From assembly GCF_001194135.2 (NCBI RefSeq), contig NC_068985.1:121817096-121881095 (forward strand): a stretch of DNA of 64,000 bases, read 5' to 3'. Source of the stretch: Octopus bimaculoides (lineage: Eukaryota). Made by a program: the position numbers and the translations under genes. Each line of letters starts with the position of its first letter. Positions within the stretch are counted from its first letter, which is position 1. Positions 39,272 through 51,779 of this stretch are shown piece after piece. The notes under the pieces are model-generated. The model made no database searches and was not told the origin of the DNA. It saw only the letters and a list, made by a program, of their open reading frames with translations.

Positions 39272-41182
39272 GAGAGAGAAAGGGAGAGAGTGTGATGACG
39301 ATGACCATATTTATCTGTCTTATCTCTCTCTTTCTCTCTCTCTCTCTCTACACACACACATAAGTGTGTCTGTCTCCATGACATTTGGGTACCTTGACTC
39401 AGTACTTAATGACTGTTTTTATAGATATCATTTTGTCTGCCTTCTAATATTTTAACCAACATTCTGCTTTAGCCACACCAACCTTGCTCCACCCTCTGTT
39501 ATATTTTCACATGAATATATCCAACTAAGGCTCAGATTCAGGTGTTCTGCACTACAGCATAGCAAGGCTTCCAATTCTTCTGAAACAATGCCAGGTGATA
39601 GATAAGTGTACTCTTCTGTTAGCTTCCTTCCCATTTGGAAGCTTCTACATTGTTGCTCAACCTGGAAGAAATAGCAACTAAATCTCTCTCAAATTCTAAC
39701 TTACCATCTTAAAACTAGTTAACTGTACAATCCGACTAACTTTGCCTGAGATGAAATTTTCCTGATAAGAAAACAATGGTCACAGATTCTTTGATAAGAG
39801 CTGATATGGGGGATACAACAGAAGTGTGACGAAAGAACTCTGGGCAAAATAGGATTAATGTAATGTAATGTAATATAAAGCTGAAGCAAATTAGCACCAA
39901 ATATACAGTGCGTGTGTTTTTATTGGCTAAACTGGCAATATGACCATCCCCGGATCTTGTTCAAAACGGGGGCACCAGTATTTTCTTAACGAAACACTTT
40001 GAAACTTGGGACACTGGTAGAATGTGTCATATAAAACATCTTTTTCTCTTAATCTTCTTAACAAAAAAACGTACATGACCACAGTCAAATGACTGAAACA
40101 AGTAAAAGAGTAAATATATATGTCATACAATATTATATNNNNNNNNNNNNNNNNNNNNNNNNNNNNNNNNNNNNNNNNNNNNNNNNNNNNNNNNNNNNNN
40201 NNNNNNNNNNNNNNNNNNNNNNNNNNNNNNNNNNNNNNNNNNNNNNNNNNNNNNNNNNNNNNNNNNNNNNNNNNNNNNNNNNNNNNNNNNNNNNNNNNNN
40301 NNNNNNNNNNNNNNNNNNNNNNNNNNNNNNNNNNNNNNNNNNNNNNNNNNNNNNNNNNNNNNNNNNNNNNNNNNNNNNNNNNNNNNNNNNNNNNNNNNNN
40401 NNNNNNNNNNNNNNNNNNNNNNNNNNNNNNNNNNNNNNNNNNNNNNNNNNNNNNNNNNNNNNNNNNNNNNNNNNNNNNNNNNNNNNNNNNNNNNNNNNNN
40501 NNNNNNNNNNNNNNNNNNNNNNNNNNNCCCCCCCGAGTCTGTTTGCTTTGTTACTGATAATAGTGATAAGAAGGATGGTGCTGATACAGATAAGGGTTAG
40601 GGTTAGGATTTATTGTTGAATCCTTGATATTGTTCTTATTGTTGCATACCTCTGTTTCAGTTGTAGTTGCACAGAATTGTTCTTGTTGGTTCCCCTCTGT
40701 AAGTAATGAGCCCATTTCTGTATGTCAAAGACCAATCTGTTGAATAAAGTCTCTGTCGCTGTCACCAGTGAGCTGTGACATATTGAGTGGGGCTTCATAG
40801 CTTATAAGACTATGGTTCCATTGGAAAGCCAAGAACTGTCAGAGGTTAACAATTCAGATGTCACCTCTAGAATGCCCAGAGTTGAAACAAATAACATATC
40901 TTGGTTGACATGCTAGCAAGTTGTGCCTATCTACTACTTTGAAATGATAGTTTATCTATCAGGCATTACTAAAATATGTCCCCCACCCAACTTTTTTTCT
41001 CGTAACTTTCAGGAAAATGGATATTTTTTACTGAAATTTTCTACAATTTTCATTTGTGTAGATTTTTATGATTAAGTCAGAATTTAATGTGGGGAAAAAA
41101 AAGGCAGATTGAAGTGCATATATTTTAACTTCTCAATTTTGTTTCCTCCTATGTTTTAATGATGTAGATTACAATTATGTTG

Positions 41183-42013
41183 GGATCTTTGGGGTTTGAC
41201 GGGCAACATTTGTTTTCTTAATGAAACACTTTCAAACTTGGGACACTGGTAGAATGTATCATATAAAACAACTTCTTCTCTTAACCTTCTTAACAAAATT
41301 TTGTACATCGCAAGTTATTTCATGTTAAAGTTGTCGTATTTCTGTAATTTCAACCAATCACTGACATCTATTCAGCTGAATACATTTACTGCTGTTTTCT
41401 AAATAGTAGCTTTTGACCTGTAAGAAAAATGTTATTCCCTGACATATTTCATCCGGTTTAATCGCAATTTATACGCATATATTGTTTATACAATAAATTA
41501 CGCTGTGCGTATCTGTGTGTGTATATTTTTCCCATAACCTCACTCATAACCCTAACCCTAACCCCAACCCTAACCCTAACTCTAAAACCCGAACCCTAAC
41601 CCTAAACTAGAGTTTGATTTGAAGAAGATTTGGCTGCTATTTCTAGGAAATGACGCACTTGGTGGAGGTGCATTAATAATTCTGGTAGCTCCAATAACAA
41701 GTGCAGGCAATATTCAAGTATTTTGATGGCTTTTTCCCCTTTGTTTACGAACAGTCTAGTTAATCGGAAATGTCAGAACTAACGGGGATTAATACCATAT
41801 ACACCGTCACAGCAGTTACTGTATACAACTGAATAGATGTCAGTGATTAGTTGAAATTACCGAAATAAGACAATTTTTAACGTGAAATAACTTCGAATAC
41901 AAAATTTATTATCTGTTCTATACCACAAAACATACAAGTATACGAAGTTTGAAAGTATTTCGGTACCAAAAACACTACATAAAAAAACGTTGCCTGTCAA
42001 ATCACAAAGGTCC
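41183..42013. mobile_element. Non-autonomous DNA transposon (MITE-like) with long imperfect TIRs and internal (TAACCC)n
   Basis: Left ggatctttggggtttgacgggcaac versus right gttgcctgtcaaatcacaaaggtcc. The inner inverted block caaccaatcactgacatctattcag matches ctgaatagatgtcagtgattagttg. (TAACCC)n lies at 41547-41605. A related partial copy is at about 39946-40085. Confidence 0.7.
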
Positions 42014-43107
42014 TTATGTTGAATAAAAAATACTTCTTAGGACTATGCATTTCATTTTATTTAAAAAATATTCATTTTAGAAATTTCAGAAGGTGAAGGG
42101 TGAAATAGTTTCAATTAAAAATATCCATCTTTCAGAAAGTTACAAGGAAACATAGTAAGAGTGATGGGACATACTTGTGTAGTTGTGTCATCTCCTAATC
42201 CTGTAAAGTGAAGTTGACCTAGGCAGAATTTGAAGTCAGAGCAAATATCACAACTTCTGATGCTAATAATTCTGCCAATTCAGCATCTTACTGTCTTTGT
42301 TGTATTCCTCTTAGCAGTAGTGGCTCGTAGATAAAATTAGTTGGGGTGCTACTTCAGAAAATTTTTAGCCATTATTTTAATATTGTGTAAAAGGAAACAA
42401 ACATATAAAAAGAAAATTTATGCATAAACTTGATCGGTTCGCGTTTTAGCCACTGCTGGGTAGTGTGTTTAATTTATTCACTGAAGACTGCCGCGAATTT
42501 CCCCTTGTTTTTCAAAAATCCCCCCTAAATCACAAAATAGGGAGGAAAATCTGCCCTATTTTCCGAATCCTAGCAGCAACACTGTAGCTGGAAGCAGGAT
42601 AATAATCTAATTCTACACTTTATCATATTCAAGAATATAAAAACACATTTTAAACACAACACACATGGAGTCACAAAGAAACACTAGCTTTCACCAGCAC
42701 ACCAGGATTGGAACTGCATGAACTACAGTGCTCTCTCTCCTTAGCATGCAGCTTCCTACCTCGGACATGTAAGCATGCACACAACAGCCAAACACTGCAT
42801 TGCTGGAACTGTGAAGCGCACAGTTCTATACAAGGATTTTTGTATATTTTTTATAAACTAGGGGATGGCTACTGACATTAAGCTTAAGGATTATATAATG
42901 TACAAGTATAAAGAAAGAAAGAAAAAAGGACTCATTACATTGAATGTTATCAATAATATCGAGTGAAAATAGGGGGTGCTGCAGTTCTGCAGTACATGAG
43001 CTGCCACTACTTCCTAGTATCTTTACTAATAACACTAAGAGCTATGACAATGGAGAACAGATTTGTCCAGATTTATGACAGTCAAGCTTGTAGGGCATTG
43101 ATTTAAG

Positions 43108-43245
43108 CAATGATGATGATGATGATATTGCTGCCACCACTAATGACAATGACAGTGGTGGTGGTGGTGGTGGTGGTGGTGGTGGTGATAGTGGTGGTGG
43201 TGGTGGTGGTGATGGTAGTGGTGGTGGTGATGGTGGTGATGATGA
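43108..43245. repeat. (GTG/GAT)n trinucleotide microsatellite
   Basis: Direct reading. It explains the poly-V/poly-H ORFs. A similar degenerate tract is at 13670-13830. Confidence 0.9.
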
Positions 43246-44874
43246 TCAGTAAACCGTTGATCAAATCTGCCCATGATCACACTTTCTTTTTCAGGATATC
43301 TAGGAAACATTATCAAATGGGCATGGTTTGAAGGTGATTCGATTGCTATTTCTGAATGATCCTGTGACAACATTAGCCACATCTTCACACCTTTCTTGGC
43401 TCTTGTGTTTGTGGGAGATTTGTAATAATGTGTATTTAATATAAGTGGTACTACTGCTTGGATTAGTCACGTCAGTGGGGAGTGGTGATGTCAGTTGGTA
43501 ATATGATAGTGTTGGTATTGGGTATAAAGAACTGGAAGAACGCCATTACATTACATTCCTCCTTCTGCACTAAGGTCAGTAAAATGTAGCTATTGGTAGA
43601 GTAGAGACTAAAAGAGAAATTACTGAATAAATAAAATTAACATTTCTGGCAGTTTTTTTCTTTGCTTCTGCACCCCTTTCCTACCCATCTCCAACATCTT
43701 AGTATAAAAGGAAAAGAAATATTCAATTCATTCAGTCTTTCTCAGGCACACTTACCAACTAGAAAAAAATATTTTTTACTTTCATTCCAACACCTCTCCA
43801 CTCCTATGAAGAGATCATGTGAATATGTCTGTTTAGTGAAACCTAAAACATTAAACTTCCTGTTAAGCAATTCTCCCCACCTCCAACACCTTACCCCAGT
43901 CTTCTGCTCCATTCAACTTTATTTGAAGAAGTATGTCTCCTGCACACTTTGTAAATGTGAATATATATCAGTTACAATGTGATAGAGGGCTCTTAAATCC
44001 TTTTTACTATGTGTTATGGTCCCTGCATCTACCATTTCTGCAGACACAAACATACATTCAACATCCATTAAGCCATTCTCACCTATTTTACTTTTCTTCT
44101 TTTTATTTTTTTTTTGTTTTGTTTTGAAAGTTAGCTAATTAATTGTTTTCTAAATCAAAAGAATCTGTAGATCTGGTGTTTATCTCCAGTTTAAGAGGAT
44201 GAAAGGAAAATATCTTCTGGAGAGTGTACTGTTTATTGTCATTTGTATTATCAATGCATCAGCCCAGTGAATCGTCAATTCCACAAAGATCCTATTTATT
44301 TAGAAGTAGTTGGTCTTGGTCATTAAGAGTTCAATCATCACTGGTGATGGGATAAAAATCACAGACCCTCTTAGTTGGATATTGGGATCTCATTGCTAGA
44401 AACCAAAAGAAATGAGAGAGAGGGAGAATATTACACATTAATGGCCTACTGGATAAGAATGTTATTTTTAATTTCGAAATAATGGTTCCTGGTTTAAATC
44501 CAGTCTCAAACTGTGTAGCCATAGCCATAGCCATCACTTGCAAATGGATAAGACCTGTAACATGTAGCATGCTTTTGCTTGCTGTTTTAAGTGCCTGTGT
44601 TGGTAATCTTTCCGACACACCTACTCTCAACCTAGCATACTATGGAGGTGATAGAAAGAGGAAGAAAGAGATGCGCCAGCAATCACCAGGTACTAATTTT
44701 CTGCAAAGTAGATTCAAACAGTATGAAACAAAGTACCTTACTCGAGGACACAGTTTACCACCCAGTCCAGAAATTGAATACCTGACCTTATGATTGTGAG
44801 CTACTGTTTCTAACAGGATGTGATATCACAAAGTGGTTTTCTTTGTTAGCTCACACAAACATATATACATCCTT

Positions 44875-45085
44875 ATGTATGTATGCATGTATGTATGTAC
44901 GTACGTATGCATGTATGTATGTATGTATGCATGTATGTATGTATGCATGTATGTATGCATGTATGTATGTATGCATGTATGTATGTATGTATGTATGTAC
45001 GTACGTATGCATGTACGTATGTATGTATGTATGTATGTATGTATGCATGCATGCATGTATGTATGTATGTACGTACGTACGTACT
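44875..45085. repeat. (TATG)n tetranucleotide microsatellite with TGCA/TACG variants
   Basis: Direct reading. It explains the MYVC/HTYI ORFs. Confidence 0.95.
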
Positions 45086-45487
45086 AGCTTAAAAGCTGTC
45101 CAATGTAAGCAACTAACCCCAAATGGGAAGATCTACAAACAGATCTGACTTGTTTCGGAGAACTGTTGCAATTGCTTCCTCCAGAGTCATATCCAAATAT
45201 GTAAAAAAAATTGCCGAAAACAATCGCAGTAATGAAAACATAGGAATCCAAAATTTCAGGATTGCAGTTTCAAATTCGACCCGGAATGTTTTTAATTTAC
45301 TCACAAAGTCAGCCTGATTCCAAAATGGTATGATGTGTTGGGCTATGGCCTCTAGGAGTAAAGTTGAAAAAGTGTGACACACTGACATTCACATTTGTTA
45401 TATCAAATATGTTTAATTTTGGGGAAACTGCATTTCAATTAAAGTGTATTATATATATATATTGTTTGTATATGTACATACAGTGAA

Positions 45488-45793
45488 GGCGCATGGCTCA
45501 GTGGTTAGAGCGTCGAGCTTATGATTGTGAGGTTGTGAGTTCGAATCCCAGACCGGGCTGCATGTTGTGTTCTTGAGCAAAACACTTTATTTCACGTTGC
45601 TCCAGTTCACTCAGCTGTAGAAATGAGTTGCGATGTCACAGGTGCCAAGTTGTATCAGCCTTTGCCTTTCCCTTGGATAACACTGGTGGCGTGGAGAGGG
45701 GAGGCCGGTATGCATGGGCAACTGCTAGTTTTCCATAAACAACCTTACCCAGACTTGTGCTTGGGAGGGTAACTTTTTAGGTGCAATCCCATG
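45488..45793 (+). mobile_element. tRNA-derived SINE (family C) with clear Pol III A and B boxes
   Basis: A box TGGCTCAGTGG (45495-45505), B box GAGTTCGAATCCC (45537-45549), followed by a ~230-bp body. The body recurs at 61708-62010. Confidence 0.8.
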
Positions 45794-48700
45794 GGAGTCT
45801 CAGCATGTACACACACACACACACACACACATATATGTATGTATTAAAGAAAGCAAAAGATAAGACAAATATGATAGTGTCCAGTAGTTGGTTCAGTATG
45901 CTGGCCACAGGAATTTCTGTCCAAGAAAGTTGTACACCATCTTCCTCTTTCTCTCACATACCCACTCTTTGTCTCTCTCTTCTTATTACTCCCATTGCCA
46001 CCATCAACACTACTACTTTTAATAAAACATCATCAACTCTCCCTAAATTTCTTTGTCTCTCTTTTTCTTTCTATATTTTTCTCTCTCTCTATCTTCGCCA
46101 CCACCCTCACCGTCTCTGTGCCTACTATTACTCTCACCCCAGCATGAGGAAGTGTCATTGAATAATGAAAGAGGGGTTCAAAGTGTGACACACTGACACA
46201 CAAATTAGTTTTCGTATTTATTATATTAGATGTTTGTACATATGTGTGTACATATATGATTTAAAGAGGCTTTGGCTGCCATTTCTAGCAGGTGCAGTTT
46301 CACTGTATTAACAGTTACATCAGTTGTATGAATTTGTATATTTTTCATTTCATTTATTTATTTTTGTTTGTGTTTGTAGCCAACATATCATACAAGAATG
46401 TTGCTTACATAGCTGATGGTAATCAGATGTAAGTTATGTCGTCATCGGTTCTTATCTCTACTTTCATAGCTTTAATTAGTCAAAAACTACTATAAGACAG
46501 CAAATTGATAGAGTCATTAGACTGTTGGACAGTATAGTATATCTTGAGGCACTTGTTCTGACTCTCTGAGTTCAAAGCTTGCCACAATCAATTCTGCTTT
46601 TCATCCTTCTGCATCCAGTTGAATCTTGAGTAATAACTGAAAGAATATGATTATGAATACAAGCAGCTAAGATAGGGTTCCTCCAAAGGGACTTTGGAGT
46701 GCATATCTCAGAGATCAGCAAGGCACTCCAGGTAGAGCTACTACTTCCCTGAATTGAGAGAGCACAGCTTCAATACTATAGACTTGTGATAAGAATGTCT
46801 TGAGAGATAAACTGGAAATGGTTACTTTTGACAGGATCCAATGGAACACATGCTTGAGGGCTCTGCATCCATGACCTTCCTGGGAATAAGTGAGTGAAGA
46901 AGATGAGATGAGATGCGATCCTTTTACATTCAATAAGTAAAGTGCTCAACTGGAGATGGGGATTGATGAAATTGTTACTGCATTCACACAAGATGCTTTG
47001 TTGGAGTTGTTCTAATTGTGCATTCAAATTTTACCTCATATCACAGGAGCCCCTCATGGTAGGAAAATTGGGTCTTTGAAGCCAGATAACTCAAGTAATA
47101 GTGATAAGCCTCTAATGTCAGACAGAGTGACAAGGTTTTGTGACATGAATGTTGCATTCATAACAAAGTTTGTTGGTGTAATTGATGACTGTACTAAGGA
47201 GCACATTGTGTCCTTGAGTGAGTCGCTTCACTTCTCAGTGCTCCATTCCATTCAGGTGAAAATGAGTATCATCACCAGCAGCAGCTGGAATTAACCTTGA
47301 GATGAATTGGTGTCTCTCTACAGGAAGCCTTCAAAGGTCAGAGCAGCAACTGCCTTGCATTCTGCTTCTGTTACAGATATCATGAGTCTGAGTTGTCTCA
47401 TTGGCCTCAATTTGGTGATGTGAGAAAGGAATTGACATTACTATTATTACTGAGACTGTTATTGTTGGTCAAGTGGTGGTAATAGAGATGCCACTGATTC
47501 TTTTGATGTTGCTGCTACTGCTTATGCTTGTAAATAAATACTGGTGATTGATATTATTTGTTTCTGCTGCAAAGGCTGGGAGAGGTTGTTTGTTGTTCCT
47601 GTTATTATATAGCATTAATGCTGCTGCTACAGCTGTTGTTTTTTCCCAGTTGATCATCACAGTTAATTGTTGCTCTAATGTTGTCTGTATATATAATAGG
47701 TCTTAAGAGTGTTGTGTCAAGTAGTTACTGACAAAGTAAGTATGTGATCACACTAACTGCATTTAGTGGGAACTTGAGACTAGAACAAGGCTAATCGAAG
47801 AAATCCTGGCTTTTAAATACAATACAAAAATGACTAAAATATGTTGAAATTTCCATCAAGTAGTTGGCAGGAAGATGGGATGAAACAACAACAAAACTGT
47901 TTGGCTGAAAGAAGTAAGTGGTCAGCAATGACAATTTTCAAGAGAATGAACACAGCTTAAACATTTATCTCATTCTATTCAGAGTCTACAATTGCTTTAC
48001 TAACATTTCAAGGATGTATTCAAATTTATATAGGAGAGTTGGAAAAATTATTCTTGGATGTCATGACATTCTAAAAGCATTAACTCATTCTTTCAGTTAC
48101 TATCTAGATATTTTGTGTTTGGTTCGTTTGACAATTACAACTGAGAAAAAAAAACACATACAAAGCCTAGGTCATGGACTTTATTCCCTTCAAAATATGT
48201 TGGTGAGATATGCCCTATCCATCCATCAATCATAATTGTATCAAACTAATCTAACTGGATGGTAGACCTAATCTATCACCCTTGTTTAATCCCACCACCT
48301 TATGTTCATATTGCCTCGAATGAACAGAAACAGCAAAGAGGAGTGAGAACTTTTTCGTCTTGCAAGTAATAAGGAACTCTCACTAAACAGATGTTATAAT
48401 AAAATGCACTCAGTATTTTTTAAAGTGGTTGGTATTAGGAAGAGTATCCAGCTGTAGAAACCATGCTGAAAGTAGAATGTATGAGCAAGATGTAGTTCTT
48501 CTGATTCATCTAGAAGAACAGTAATGTTTATTATGAACTAGTTTGGACTACCATGAACTATTCACCTCATACTGGCATGGATTGATGAGGATGATGATGA
48601 TGATGACCTGGTAATTCAATGCCTTTGGTAAAGTCCACACTGTTGCAAGCATTCAAACTAAGTCTCTGGTCTAAGGATGGGATAACTTCCTCTCACCAAT

Positions 48701-49123
48701 CAAGGAGACCATATCTATTAAGCTGTAAATGGGTACCAGCTGGAGACAGGCACAACTGTGTTTCCATTTAGCTGTCATCCCGGATGTTCCACTGGGTTGG
48801 AGGTGGGTTGAGGATGAGAGGGTGTCTATATCTTCTTGCTACTTACTATACAGGCACATGAAACAATTAATGCAAACATGATACAAGCTACCAAGCCATC
48901 ATACTTGTGCATGGCAATTACACTAATGGGTTGTCTGATAAATTTTTTTCTTTGTTTTTTACTTGGCACTGAAAAGAGGTAAAATTTATTCAAATTTCAA
49001 AAAGAATAAACAAAAGTTGCAGAGAAATAAGAGCGATACAAAGAAAAGAAAACAAAACAATATGATAGAAATGATTTTTGTGTTACTTCAGGTAACGTTG
49101 AAGAGGTTTAAAATAAATGGAGA

Positions 49124-49182
49124 CCCCCGCCCCCGACATACACCTCACCAAAAAGATAGACGTGAAATGAGTGGCGGAAGTG
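49124..49182. promoter_or_regulatory. Candidate FDXR promoter elements (GC box and ETS motif)
   Basis: CCCCGCCCCC at 49125-49134 and GCGGAAGTG at 49174-49182, in an otherwise CpG-poor region 2.3 kb upstream of the first coding exon. That exon is preceded by a splice acceptor, so an upstream non-coding exon is implied. Confidence 0.35.
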
Positions 49183-50054
49183 GTAGAATGTCATTCATAG
49201 TAATTTTAATGTTTTGAGTTCATTTCCTACAGAGATAAAAGTTTATCTTTCATCTCCTGATGGTCAATAAACTAAATGAGTCATACACAGGAGTTGTTGC
49301 TCTTGTAGTTTTGCCTCATGTCAGTTATAATCAAGTTGATTTATACTCAGACATTCGTCTTGACTTGTCTCTGCATATTATTTTTGTATATCATTTGTAT
49401 ATCATTTGTATATCATTTTGTATATCATATTATTTTTGTATATCACTCATTTAGTAAGGTGTGGTTTAAGGGATTTGTTTGTTGTTTCTTGCAGAGTAAG
49501 TAACCATGCAGAAGGCCCCTTGTTGGTTCACAGTAGTAGTAATAGTAGTCGTTGTTTAGCTCCAAGTCAACCCTAATTGAACAATCCTGATTTATCTGTC
49601 TTATTTGAGACATAACACCCAGGGTTACATTACCTGGTGTCTTGTTTTCCTTTTATAAGGCAGTAGAGATAGTGTAATTCGGGGGAGATTTGGCTGCTAT
49701 TTCTAGCAGGTCAAATGGCCATACAGAGTCTTCCTTGTTGACTTTGGAAAAATGTAGCAGTTTACATTGACTGGCAATGTATAGCTATACCATTGAATTG
49801 ATGAAATACAAGTTGATCCAAGTGTATTTGAACTCGCAATGTAGAATAATCAAACTATTTTCGTTAGCGGTAAGTTGATGAAATCAGTCAAACCAGAGCA
49901 TTATCACTTGACAGGCAGAGGATTGCAAGCTGACAAGGTACCAGCTGTTTTTTGATAGGTTTCTTTCTGAATCTATACAGGTGGAAATGTCTGTCGCCCT
50001 GGGCCCAGAACCACCACTCTATTAGTTTTGATGGGGATTGAGAGTGCCATCTAT

Positions 50055-50814
50055 AGGGCTTTCCTATAAGTAGGTTATCTCCCTTGGCTAGGCGGCGCTC
50101 CATGTAGATAATTAAACTTCCGGAGGCTAACCCACGCCATTGTTATTGTTTTACGTCTTATCATGGATATAAAGCAGCTTGATGATTCAGCTATCGAAGT
50201 ACTTACTGTGCCTGAGTTAAAGAAATATTTAAGATTATATGGACAGTATGTTACTGGAAGAAAGGCGGACTTGATTGAAAGGAATAAAAATTTTGTCGAT
50301 GAAGAATGTCAACAAAGTAAATTCATCGGACGATAAGTCTGAAGTATCGGACGATAAGTCTGAAGTATCGGACGATACTTCAGACAGGAATAAGCAGAAC
50401 CTTATATCTCCTCTCGGTGAAGTATTGCCTGNNNNNNNNNNNNNNNNNNNNNNNNNNNNNNNNNNNNNNNNNNNNNNNNNNNNNATAATGACATAATTAC
50501 CTCGTGCTACGGATGAAAGCAAAGCAACAGTTAAGGAGTGGCATATTTTACCACGACAGACACGTACACAGCATCGAATACCACGATGTGAGTGAAAGCT
50601 GCTCTCACTGTATTGTCCGGTGTCTGGTAATCCCTTCGATACCGACATCAAACCAAAAAAAGAATCCTGACCACAGAGTGGGTAATTATGTCAAAGGTCA
50701 CTAGCAATGTGCATTCAGCTGATTGCAACTGTTAAAGCAAGTCACTGAGCATGCGTACATGTCATACGGGAGAGTTCCAATCAGGGGTGGATAACAACCT
50801 TATAGGAAAGCCCT
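50055..50814 (+). mobile_element. Short TIR DNA transposon derivative encoding SAP-domain and SWIM-like fragments (ISL2EU- or Kolobok-like)
   Basis: TIR AGGGCTTTCCTATAAG...TTATC at both ends, flanked by AT (or TATA). ORF 50163-50336 reads LTVPELKKYLRLYGQYVTGRKADLIER (SAP pattern). After the gap a frameshifted HRV-WVIMSKVTSNVHSADCNC resembles the start of a SWIM finger. Includes N gap 50432-50484. Confidence 0.7.
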
Positions 50815-51511
50815 ATAGGAATGTATCCCACGAGGTAGAATACATTAGCATTTCTCCCTCGTCATTCTTCAGGGTAAAACATTTGTCATTTAACTGTCAA
50901 GACTGCCAAACATTGGCACAAGTCACTAGAATCACTTACCCATGTAGATGAGAAGTTTGCAGCCCAACTAAAACAGTGTTATGCATTTTTCCACTTTCAT
51001 TGTCTATCTCCATTTTCCTTTTTAATAAAATGATATTAAATAATAATATATATATATACTAGGTACAGGTGTGACTGTATGGTAAAAAAATTGCTTCTTA
51101 ACTACATGGTTTGGGGTTCAGTCCCACTGCATGGTACCTTAGGCAAGTGTCTTCAATCAAAGCCTTGTGTAGATCTGGTAGACAGAGACTGAAAGAAGCC
51201 TGTTGTGTGTGTGTGTATATGTGTGTTACTGTATCCTTACCTTGATATCATATGATAGATTTAAAATGAACATTTCCATCATGTGAAAGGTGACTTTCAC
51301 TTCTAGTCTTTCATGAAAACATGTCTGATCATGGGGAAATATTACCTTACATGAAAAAGGAAAGGCATCTGACTCTAGAAAATCCACCTCAACATAATTC
51401 TATCCAATCCATACTAGCATAGAAAAGTAGATATTAAAATGATGATGATGATGATAAATTTATTAGAACAATATTTATAAAAAAAAAAATTTCTGGTTTC
51501 TTCATTTTAGG

Positions 51512-51655
51512 ATGAGACAGTCCAGATTATTCCCTTCACTGCTGAAGCGAATTCTCTCCCAGACTGCCTGCTTTAGTTCCAGCCCCAAACCTGTACCAGT
51601 CTGTATAGTAGGCAGTGGACCAGCAGCTTTTTACACGGCTCAACAAATACTTAAA
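51512..51655 (+). CDS. FDXR: NADPH:adrenodoxin oxidoreductase (ferredoxin reductase), first coding exon: mitochondrial presequence plus FAD-binding motif
   Basis: ttcattttag|g-ATG. Translates MRQSRLFPSLLKRILSQTACFSSSPKPVPVCIVGSGPAAFYTAQQILK, followed by a gtaagt donor in phase 0. The Arg/Ser/Leu-rich acid-free N-terminus and VCIVGSGPA.FYTAQ.LLK match FDXR. Confidence 0.93.
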
Positions 51656-51721
51656 GTAAGTTGGCATTAACCAGTAGGGAATTTTAAGTTTCAATTTCTT
51701 ATTTAACTGTTTTGTATTTGT

Positions 51722-51779
<58 letters not shown>

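Noticed and set aside
41547-41605. True telomere or chromosome-fusion site
   Set aside because: The tract is short, degenerate and enclosed within an inverted-repeat element.
42314-42585. Small hAT/Harbinger MITE ends (cagtagtggct...agccactgctg; ...gcagcaacactg)
   Set aside because: The inverted match is short and no TSD was found.
44826-45148. ORFs rich in MYVC/HTYI (also YI, CV, poly-V and poly-H ORFs at about 2.3, 10.2, 13.7, 18.4, 35.0, 43.1 and 56.3 kb)
   Set aside because: They are translations of microsatellites.
45488-45560. tRNA gene
   Set aside because: A and B boxes are present, but there is no acceptor-stem closure or proper anticodon arm, and it continues into a SINE body repeated at 61708-62010.
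45085-46231. Helitron-type non-autonomous element (shared aaagtgtgacacactgaca ends at about 45371 and 46181)
   Set aside because: The shared motif is real, but diagnostic termini and hairpin could not be established.
46700-46990. Coding exon
   Set aside because: The reading (LQVELLLP*IERAQLQYYRLVIRMS*) resembles a very decayed RTE 3' end with stops, not a host exon.
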